From Deltaproteobacteria bacterium (lineage in GTDB: Bacteria; Myxococcota_A; Polyangia; Fen-1088): a DNA stretch of 64,000 nt. The stretch's first letter is position 1. The number at the start of each line of letters is the position of its first letter. Positions 46,518-55,400 of the stretch are shown here, piece after piece. The DNA lies in NCBI GenBank assembly GCA_033763315.1, contig JANRKS010000016.1:192001-256000 (forward strand). Reading direction: 5' to 3'. The notes beneath the pieces are model-generated. The model did not search any database, had not been told where the DNA came from, and saw only the letters and a list, made by a program, of their open reading frames with translations. The translations under genes were made by a program, and so were the position numbers.

Positions 46518-47233
46518 GGGCCGTCGATTCTATTCGTGTGGCGCGAACCCTTGGCGAACACGGCGTGGCCGTGGCGGCGAACCTTTTTGCAGGCAAGATG
46601 GCGAGGCTCGCAAAACACGCTCAAACACAGGCGCCGGCGCTGTTGACGCCCGATCTCCTGGGCGACGACTTGTTGTCGAACGTGCCATTGATGGCGGTGG
46701 TCGACGGGGTGTTGGGGGTGGGAGCGATGGTCGCACGTGTGAACGTGGGTGCGGAGGCCGCGGCCTGCCTTGCCACCACGGCGGAACGGGCGCGCTTGTT
46801 TGAAGATGACGCCGCCACGGCGGCGGTGCCCGTGTTCAGCGTGAGCGGCTTTGCGCCCCTGCAGGCGTGCACTGTGGTTGTCACCGCCCAGGGGCTGCAA
46901 CAAGAGATTGGCCTATCACCGGGCGACGCCTTGTTGATCGATTCCCGCTGTCACGCGCGCGTGACCGACGTGGCGGCCGCGGCGCTCTTCGTAACGTTCA
47001 CGCGGCCGTGGTTCCGCGAGCCACAGGCCTCGCCACTGAATCCGCCGGTCCTGGTCTCATCGTTCGATTACCTGCGCCTGCCCCCCGCGCTGCAAGCCCG
47101 GCTGCAATGGCGGTTCGATAGGTACCTCAAGCAACGTCCCCGCCTCATCGCGTATCGCGTGGCCGACAAGGTGCCGGCTGGGTTGGGCGCACCCGTAAAG
47201 CGTGCGCTGCGGGGCTGGGCCAGCAGCTATTGA
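46514..47233 (+). CDS. Degenerate PhyH-like paralog lacking the iron-binding triad
   Basis: Segments collinear with the upstream PhyH (GDALLIDSR vs GSMLMTDSR; TFTRPWFRE vs TYHRNWFRD); ATGA overlap with its stop. Confidence 0.7.
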   Translation: MRAVDSIRVARTLGEHGVAVAANLFAGKMARLAKHAQTQAPALLTPDLLGDDLLSNVPLMAVVDGVLGVGAMVARVNVGAEAAACLATTAERARLFEDDAATAAVPVFSVSGFAPLQACTVVVTAQGLQQEIGLSPGDALLIDSRCHARVTDVAAAALFVTFTRPWFREPQASPLNPPVLVSSFDYLRLPPALQARLQWRFDRYLKQRPRLIAYRVADKVPAGLGAPVKRALRGWASSY

Positions 47234-47286
47234 GCCGGCTCCGCGGGAATGTTTGACCCCTGCGGCGTCCCGTACCTCGGTGAGCC

Positions 47287-48108
47287 ATGTCGATTCTAGC
47301 TTTCATAAAACGCGCTCCAGCCCTTTGGTTGTTTGGCCTCGCATTGCCAGCGCAAGCGCTGTTGGTCTGGGCCGAGGCCACACAGCGTGCCCCGGCTTTG
47401 GCCGTGAAGGCGCGCATCTATATGCCGGCGGTGATTGCGTTGGCACTGACCGCGCTCGTTAAGGGCCGCAAGGGTTTACAAAAAACGTTCCGCTCCCTCG
47501 TAAATTTGCGCGTGAGGTGGCCGTGGTTTGTGGTGGCCTTGCTCTACGCCCCCGTGGTGGGGGTATTGCCGCTGCTCGCGTTTCGTGCGGCCGGCGCCAT
47601 CGACCACATCGAATACGACACCAACCTGGTAGGCAGCACCGGCTGGTTGTTCTTCAAGTTCATCTTCACAATCTCGATTGTCGAGGAAATATCGTGGGTT
47701 GGTTTCGGCATTGAGCACTTAAAGCCGCGGTTTTCAGCGTTCGTCGCGGCGTTGCTGGGCGGCGCCGCGTGGGGGCTGTGGTACGTGCCACTGAACCTGG
47801 CGGGACTTCAGATGGCCGGCACGTTTCCGAACGTACCGCTCGTCATCAACTTCATGGCCATCGGCGCGTGTTGCAGCTGGGTCTACATTCACACGCAGAG
47901 CGCCCTGCTGGTGGCGCTGATGCAGGTGGTGACCAATTACACCAGCCTTGCCTTTCCCGTTTTGCCTAAGCCCGGCCACATGGGTGTTTACTATGGCTTC
48001 ATTGCCACCAAATTCGCCTTCGCGCTGGCGGTGTTCCTGTGGCGCGGTCCTTTGCCGCTTTGGAAACCACAAAGGCAGGCTCCCGAGGCCCGTCGGCAAG
48101 CGGCTTAA
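47287..48108 (+). CDS. CPBP (CAAX protease/Abi) family membrane protein, catalytic motifs degenerate
   Basis: About 8 TM helices; EEISWVG, WGLWYVP, WVYIHTQS...MQVVTN map onto CPBP motifs. Confidence 0.75.
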   Translation: MSILAFIKRAPALWLFGLALPAQALLVWAEATQRAPALAVKARIYMPAVIALALTALVKGRKGLQKTFRSLVNLRVRWPWFVVALLYAPVVGVLPLLAFRAAGAIDHIEYDTNLVGSTGWLFFKFIFTISIVEEISWVGFGIEHLKPRFSAFVAALLGGAAWGLWYVPLNLAGLQMAGTFPNVPLVINFMAIGACCSWVYIHTQSALLVALMQVVTNYTSLAFPVLPKPGHMGVYYGFIATKFAFALAVFLWRGPLPLWKPQRQAPEARRQAA

Positions 48109-48216
48109 ACATCCGTTAACAACGTGCCCGGTTTTTGCAGGAAAAGGTAAACAAATAAACATGCGCAGCCCCGCCCAGGGCTGGTAGTTTCGTGCGGCTC
48201 CCACGAATGGATTATC

Positions 48217-51200
48217 TTGGCTTCGCAAGTTTCTGAACTTCTCGAAAAATGGCGTCGCGTCGGCGTGCAACTGCGCGCCGAGAACGGCAACATTGTGGTG
48301 GCGGGCAAAAAGGGCGCCCTGACCGCCGAGATTGCGTCGGAAATCAAACTCAACAAGGCCGAGCTGCTCACGTTCTTGGGCCAAGCCGACGCGGCGGCGC
48401 TCGACAACGCGGGGCAGATCGAGCCCGCGCCGCGCAACCGCAGCCTGCCTTTGTCGTCCGCGCAGCACCGGCTTTGGTACATCGACCTGCTGGTGCCGGG
48501 CTCCTCGGCCTACAACATCCCGCTGATCGTGGATCTGCCGGGTGAGTTGGATGTGCCCGCCTTGGCCACCGCCATCAACGCCGTGATCGCGCGGCATGAG
48601 TCGCTGCGCACCACCTTCGCTTTGGACACCGACGGCGAGCCACGGCAGGTGATTGCGCCCGCCATCACGCGCGCGCTGCCGCTTGAGGACTTGTCTGGGT
48701 TGCCGGTCGAGGAACGCGACGCGGCCGCCGACCGCTGGCTGCAAGCGTGGTCGCGCGAGCCGTTCGACTTAGCCACGGGTCCGCTGTTGCGGCTGGGGCT
48801 CGTGCGGCTGGGCCCCACATCGCACGTATTGGCGGTGGTGGCCCACCACATCATCTACGACGGCCTTTCGCACGAGATCTTCATGCGCGAGTTGGCGATG
48901 TATTACCGCCACGCTGTCACGGGCAACGGGCCACTGCCTGAACCGCTGCCGATTCAATACGCCGACTATGCCGTGTGGCAGCGCCGCGCCCACGCCGACA
49001 TTCATTTGGCCTTCTGGAAGGATTACCTGCGTGGGCCCCTGCCAGTGCTGGATCTGCCAACGATAGGGCCACGCCCCGCGGTGCAAACGTCCACCGGCGC
49101 CGTGGTGGATTTTATGTTACCCAACGCCATCGCTGAGGCATTGGCAGCCGAAGCACGAAAGAACGGCGCCACGTTCTTCATGTTGATCTTGGCTGCATGG
49201 AAAGCGGCGCTGGCACGCTTTAGTGGCCAAGACGATCTGATCGTGGGAACACCAATCGCCAACCGCCCCCGCCGCGAGACGGAAGCCATCATCGGCTTTT
49301 TCGCCAACACGTTGGTGGTGCGCACCTCGCTGGCCGATGATCCCACGTTCACAGACGTCCTGGATCGCGTGCGCAAAGCCTGTTTGGCGGCGTTCTCGCA
49401 TCAAGAAACGCCGTTCGATAGTTTGGTCAAAGCCGTAAACCCCGTACGCGACACGAGCCGCACGCCGATTTATCAAACGATGTTTGCGATGGACGACGCC
49501 GCACCCGTGCCGTCTGCCGCAGAGCCTGGCGCGCTGAACATTGGTGGCCAACGCATCGGCAGCACAGGTTCCGCGCAAACGGACATCAGCTTGTCGTCAC
49601 GCCGCATGGGTGCGGGCCTGCGTTTTGCGATCGATTACAACGTCGATTTATACGAACGTGCGTTGGTTGAACAACTGGCGGGCGCGCTGCGCTTGATTCT
49701 GGAGCACGTGGCGGCAGGCCACAACGCCAAGCTGTCTGAGTTGCCCGTGCTTACCCCACAGGCGCGTGACGAGCTGTTGCGCACGTTGTTCCCGGCGCCG
49801 TCGCCTTACCCTGACAAAGCGCTGCACCAGTGGTTCGAAGAACAAGCCGCACAAAAGCCGCAAAAGGTGGCATTGCGCTGTGGTGATGAAACGCTGACGT
49901 TCGCCCAGCTTGAAGAACGCGCCAACCAAGTGGCGCATCAACTGCAAAGTTTGGGCGTGGGCCCGGAAAGCCGCGTGGCGGTGGCGGTGCCGCGATCGCT
50001 CAATCTCGTGGTGGCCTTGTTCGGCGTGTTGAAGGCCGGTGGCGCTTATGTGCCGCTTGATCCAGGATACCCAAGCGATCGCTTGGCGCATATGCTCGAG
50101 GATTCGCAGGCCACCGTGCTGGTGGTGGCGGATGGCACGAGCGGCTTGTTGCCTGACACCAGCGTGACACGTCTGTGCTTGGATAACGATGCCGGTGCGA
50201 TTGCCGCGCGGCCAAACACGCGCCCTGCAGTTGCGTTTGCCCCTGCGCAATTGGCTTACGTGATCTACACGTCGGGATCCACGGGCAAGCCCAAGGGCGT
50301 GATGCTTGAGCATCGCAACACGGCGAACTTGTTTGTGGCGTTGGCCGAACAGCTGCAAGGCGGTGGCGTATGGTTTGCCGACACCAGCGTGTCGTTCGAT
50401 ATTTCAGTGCTTGAGTTGTTCGGCGCCTTGGGCCACGGCTTCGAGGTGGTGCTGCGCAAAGATCGATTGGCCGCGGGCGAAGATCTGCCCACACTATTTG
50501 CGCGTTTTGGTGTGACGCACTTTCAATGCACGCCTTCGCAGGTCAGCTTGCTGCTGGCCGATGCAGCTGGTTGCCAGGCGCTGGCGCAGCTTAAACAATT
50601 GATCGTGGGCGGTGAAGCGTTGCCACCGGCCTTGCTGGGCGGCCTGCGCGAACACCTTACCGGCCGTCTGTTTAATGATTATGGCCCCACGGAAACCACG
50701 GTGTGGTCAACCGCGATCGAACTGCCGCACGTGATGAACCCCGTTCCGATCGGTCGCCCCATCGCCAATACGCGCGCCTACGTGTTGGACGCCAAGGGCG
50801 CTTTGCTGCCGCGTGGGGTGATCGGTGAGCTGTGGCTTGCGGGCGCGGGTGTGGCGCGGGGATACCACAACCGCCCTGACTTGAACGAAGAACGGTTCGT
50901 GCCCGATGTGTTCGCACATGAGCTTGGCATCGCACCACCCGGCCGCATGTATGCCACTGGCGATAAGGTGCGTTGGCGCGCCGATGGCACGCTTGAATAC
51001 CGCGGGCGCGGCGATGCACAAGTGAAGATTCGCGGTCACCGCATTGAGCTTGGTGAAATCGAAAATGCATTGCGCGCGTGCGCCGGCGTGGAAGAAGCCG
51101 CCGTGATCGTGCGCGAAGATTCGCCTGGTCTGCCTCGCATCGTCGCTTTTGTGACCACCGACAAGAAGCACGCCGATAACGTCACCGATTTGCGCGGCGC

Positions 51201-52401
51201 ACTCAAAGCGCACTTGCCTGACGTGATGATTCCCGAAGCAATCGCACGCGTCGAGCGAATGCCCAAAACGCCCAACGGCAAAGTGGATCGCCGCGCTTTG
51301 TTGAACATGGACGTGCCGCTTGCTCGCAGTGGCACGCCCACGGAGCGACCACGCAACGCGGTTGAAGCGGCGCTGGCTTCGGCGTTCGCCAGCGTGTTGC
51401 AACTGCCTGCGGTTGGCATCAACCAAAACTTCTTTGAATTGGGGGGCCACTCGTTGTTGGTGGTGAGCCTCGTGCGGCTGCTGCGCGATCAAAATGGCAT
51501 CGAGATGTCGTTGGGCGCCTTGTTCGCGGCGCCCACCGTGGCCGACCTTGCCAAGCACGTGATGGCGGGCGACGTGAGTGCCCTTGATGGTTCTGTGGTG
51601 CCATTGCGCCGAACCGGAACGAACCTGCCCTTCTTTTGTATTTGCGGCATTCAGCTTTACCAGCCTTTGGTCAACGCGTTGGGTGAAGGGCAACCGGCAT
51701 TCGGCGTGTTCGTGCCGGCTGAAGTCCGCGTGCTCACGGACGCCAAAGCACCGAAGACCTTGCAGGTGCGAAAACTGGCCGCCGATTACGTGCGTGTGAT
51801 CCGGCGTCAGCAGGCACACGGGCCCTACTGCTTGGGCGGCATTTCGTTTGGCGGCGTGTTGGCGTTCGAGATCGCGCATCAGTTGGTGGCCGCCGGGGAA
51901 GAAGTGCGCGTATTGGCGTTATTCGATACGGTGTTACCGCGCGGCCTCACCTTCGCCGCCACGTCGTGGCTTACCGGGCATCTGAAACGTTTCGCCAAAG
52001 AAAGCCCGTGGCAGCGCATTGAACAACGACTGCGCCGCAGCGAGATCTCCACCGCCGAGAAGGACGAAGGGTTTTTCGGCAACGTCGAAGAGTTGGCAGA
52101 ACTGCGCGAGAAGCTTTACTTAAAGGCGATGCAGGACTACGACCCCACGATCAAGCCGTTCCCAGGCAAGGGATTGCTGTTTCGAGCGCAAAACCAAGAC
52201 GCATTCATCGGTTACGAGATCGACAAAGCGTGTGGGTGGGGCGGCCTGTTTGAGCGCGGCCTCGACGTGCACACGGTGCCTGGCGATCACATCGGCATTA
52301 TCAGCGAGGAGAACGTGGGGGCGCTGGCCTCAACTTTGCGTCGCCAGCTGGACGTCGCAAGTTCCAATACCCCTCGATACGAGCCCGGACAACAAAAATG
52401 A
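48217..52401 (+). CDS. NRPS termination module: beta-hairpin (TubC_N) docking-C-A-PCP-TE
   Basis: N-terminal GVQLRAENGNIVV...NKAELL; HHIIYDG; YTSGSTGKPKG; YGPTE; GGHSLL; GISFG; PGDH. Confidence 0.93.
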   Translation: MASQVSELLEKWRRVGVQLRAENGNIVVAGKKGALTAEIASEIKLNKAELLTFLGQADAAALDNAGQIEPAPRNRSLPLSSAQHRLWYIDLLVPGSSAYNIPLIVDLPGELDVPALATAINAVIARHESLRTTFALDTDGEPRQVIAPAITRALPLEDLSGLPVEERDAAADRWLQAWSREPFDLATGPLLRLGLVRLGPTSHVLAVVAHHIIYDGLSHEIFMRELAMYYRHAVTGNGPLPEPLPIQYADYAVWQRRAHADIHLAFWKDYLRGPLPVLDLPTIGPRPAVQTSTGAVVDFMLPNAIAEALAAEARKNGATFFMLILAAWKAALARFSGQDDLIVGTPIANRPRRETEAIIGFFANTLVVRTSLADDPTFTDVLDRVRKACLAAFSHQETPFDSLVKAVNPVRDTSRTPIYQTMFAMDDAAPVPSAAEPGALNIGGQRIGSTGSAQTDISLSSRRMGAGLRFAIDYNVDLYERALVEQLAGALRLILEHVAAGHNAKLSELPVLTPQARDELLRTLFPAPSPYPDKALHQWFEEQAAQKPQKVALRCGDETLTFAQLEERANQVAHQLQSLGVGPESRVAVAVPRSLNLVVALFGVLKAGGAYVPLDPGYPSDRLAHMLEDSQATVLVVADGTSGLLPDTSVTRLCLDNDAGAIAARPNTRPAVAFAPAQLAYVIYTSGSTGKPKGVMLEHRNTANLFVALAEQLQGGGVWFADTSVSFDISVLELFGALGHGFEVVLRKDRLAAGEDLPTLFARFGVTHFQCTPSQVSLLLADAAGCQALAQLKQLIVGGEALPPALLGGLREHLTGRLFNDYGPTETTVWSTAIELPHVMNPVPIGRPIANTRAYVLDAKGALLPRGVIGELWLAGAGVARGYHNRPDLNEERFVPDVFAHELGIAPPGRMYATGDKVRWRADGTLEYRGRGDAQVKIRGHRIELGEIENALRACAGVEEAAVIVREDSPGLPRIVAFVTTDKKHADNVTDLRGALKAHLPDVMIPEAIARVERMPKTPNGKVDRRALLNMDVPLARSGTPTERPRNAVEAALASAFASVLQLPAVGINQNFFELGGHSLLVVSLVRLLRDQNGIEMSLGALFAAPTVADLAKHVMAGDVSALDGSVVPLRRTGTNLPFFCICGIQLYQPLVNALGEGQPAFGVFVPAEVRVLTDAKAPKTLQVRKLAADYVRVIRRQQAHGPYCLGGISFGGVLAFEIAHQLVAAGEEVRVLALFDTVLPRGLTFAATSWLTGHLKRFAKESPWQRIEQRLRRSEISTAEKDEGFFGNVEELAELREKLYLKAMQDYDPTIKPFPGKGLLFRAQNQDAFIGYEIDKACGWGGLFERGLDVHTVPGDHIGIISEENVGALASTLRRQLDVASSNTPRYEPGQQK

Positions 52402-55400
52402 CGAACAACGTTTCTGGTGGGACCACGATGATCAACGAACAAGGACCCTTGGCGCCTTACCCGAAGGCTCAAAGTCTGGCCGCGCTGTTCACCCAGGCCG
52501 CGATTTCCGCGCCTAATGCCGTGGCCTTGGTGTTGCCCACGTCAGCGGGCGTCACGCGGGTCACATACGCCGAACTAGAATCGCGATCGAACAAGTTGGC
52601 GGCTGAACTGCTCAACCGTGGCGTCAAACCGGGGGCGTGTGTGGCGTTGTGCTTAAGCCGCAGCATCGAGACGATTGTGGGGATCTTGGGGGCGATCAAG
52701 GCGCGCGCGGCGTATCTACCGCTTGATCCGGCGTACCCTGCCGAACGTTTGCGTTTCATGCTGGATGACGCTGGCGCGAAAATCGTGCTGACCGATCCCG
52801 CGGGCCTCGCGCGCGTGCCCAGCCACGGCGGCGAAACGCTGACGCTTGAACCCGGTTGGGGTGCGGGTGCGCCCGTCAATGTGGTTCTGCCACAAGGCTC
52901 GGGCGATGACGTGGCTTACGTCATGTACACCTCGGGCACCACCGGCACGCCCAAGGGTGTGGTGGTGCCACATCACGCCGTGAGCCGGCTGGTGCTGAAC
53001 AATTGGTTCACGCCGATCGACAACCGCAGTGTGTTTTTGCAGCTGGCGCCCATATCGTTTGATGCGGCGACGTTGGAGATCTGGGGGCCGTTGCTCAACG
53101 GCGGCACTTGTGTGCTTTACCCCGGCAGCGGTGTGCCTGACTTTGATGACTTGGGTCGCATCTTGCGTAAACACGACGTCACGCACTTGTGGCTCACGGC
53201 ATCGCTGTTTAACTTGATCATCGATGAGCGGCCGGCGGCGCTCGGTTCCGTGCGCGAATTGTTAACGGGTGGCGAGGCGTTGAGCGTGCCACACATTCGC
53301 CGGGCGTTGACGTTACTCCCCAACACCCAATTGGTGAACGGGTATGGCCCCACCGAGAGCACCACATTTGCCTGCTGCTATCGCATTCCGCGCACCTTGC
53401 CCGATAATTTGTCGTCGATTCCCATTGGCACGCCCATCGCGAACACCGCCGTTTATGTGCTGGATGAACAAGGAAAGCCTGTGGGCGTGGGCGTTCCTGG
53501 CGAGCTGTGCATCGGCGGCGACGGGTTGGCGCAAGGGTATTGGAAACGCGAACAATTGACGACCGAGCGCTTCATTATGGGCCCCGTGAGTGCTTCGAAG
53601 CCGCAGCGGCTTTACCGTACGGGTGATCGCGTGCAGTGGAAGCCCGATGGCACAATTGAATTTCTGGGACGCTTCGACGATCAGGTGAAGATCCGCGGGC
53701 ATCGTATTGAGTTGGGCGAAGTGGCGGCCGTGCTGTTGCAGCACCCGCAAGTGGAAAACGCGGTGGCGATCATTCGTGAGGATAAGCCTGGTGATCGGCG
53801 GCTCACGGCCTATATCACGGCCAAAGACGGGGGCGCACCCACGGCGGGCGCGCTGCGATCATTTATGGAAACGCGGGTGCCCGATCACTTGATCCCGGGG
53901 GCGTTCGTGGTACTGCCGCGACTGCCACTGACCGCAAACGGCAAGGTCGATAGGGCCGCGTTGCCAGCGCCAAGTGGGCAACGCCCTGAACTCGGCGCGC
54001 CCTTCGTGGCGCCGCGCACACCGCTTGAACAGCGGCTGGCGTCGTTGTGGTCCGAGCTGCTGGGCGTAGACGCTGTGGGCGTGCACGATCGCTTCTTTGA
54101 GCTCGGTGGCACGTCGATTTTGGCCGCGCGGTTCATTGAGATCTTGTCACGCCAGTTGGGCCATTCGATTCCGTTGGTGGCGCTGTTCGACGCGCCCACC
54201 GTCGCGCAAATTGTCCAGGTGCTGGTCAATGATTTCCCACAGGTTGTTGCGGCGCACTTTGATTTGGACGCCGAACGTGCGGTGGCCAATGACAGCGCCC
54301 GCGCCAAGCGACGGCAGCGTACCAACGATGGCGGTCGTGTGGAAATCGCCGTCGTGGGCCTCGGTGGCCGCTTCCCGAAGGCACCTGATCTGCAAACTTT
54401 CTGGCGCAACCTGGTGGAAGGCAAAGAGGGCGTGGTGGCAATCACGGCCGAGGATTTGATCGCACTTGGAAAAGATCCCGCGCTGCTTTCGAACCCTGAC
54501 TATGTTCCGGCCACTTTCGCCCTTGAAGACGTGGAGAACTTCGACGCGAGCTTTTTTGGGTTTTCGCCACGCGAAGCCGAGGTGATGGATCCGCAGCTGC
54601 GTTTGTTTGTGGAAACCGCGTGGACCACGCTTGAGCACGCTGGTTACGATCCCGCGCAATACAAAGGCCGCATTGGCGTGTTCGGTGGCGTGGGGCGCAA
54701 TTCGTATTTGATGAATCACTTGGCGCCACACCCGCATTACCGCGAGATGTTGCACGAGTATCACATGCTGGTGGGCAACGAACGTGACTTCCCCACAACG
54801 CATGCGTCTTACCGCTTGAACCTCACGGGACCATCGGTGGATGTGCAAACGGCGTGTTCCACGTCGGGTGTGGCCATTCACCTCGCTTGCCAAAGTCTGC
54901 GCGCAGGCGACAGCGATATGGCGTTGGTGGGCGGCTGCAAAGTCATCTGCCCCAACCGCGAAGGCTATCATTACGTCGAAGGTGGCCCGTTGGCGCCCGA
55001 AGGCCACATCCGCGCGTTCAGCGATGACGCCAACGGCATGGTGCGTGGCAGTGGTTCGGCAATGCTGTTGCTAAAGCGTTTGGACGACGCGCTGGCCGAC
55101 GGTGACACCATCTATGGTCTCATCAAAGGCAGCGCCCTCAACAACGACGGCTCGGATAAGATTGGCTTCACCGCGCCCAGCGTGCGTGGCCAAGCCGAAG
55201 TCATCCGTGAAGCGTTGGAAGACGCGGGTGTCACGGCTGAAGAGATCAGTTATGTGGAAGCGCACGGCACAGGCACGAAGATGGGCGATCCGATCGAGAT
55301 CGCCGGCCTCACGCGCGCTTACCGAGAAACCACGCAAGCCAAAGGCTACTGCGCGATTGGTTCGGTGAAAACCAACATCGGACACTTGGACGCGGGCGCA

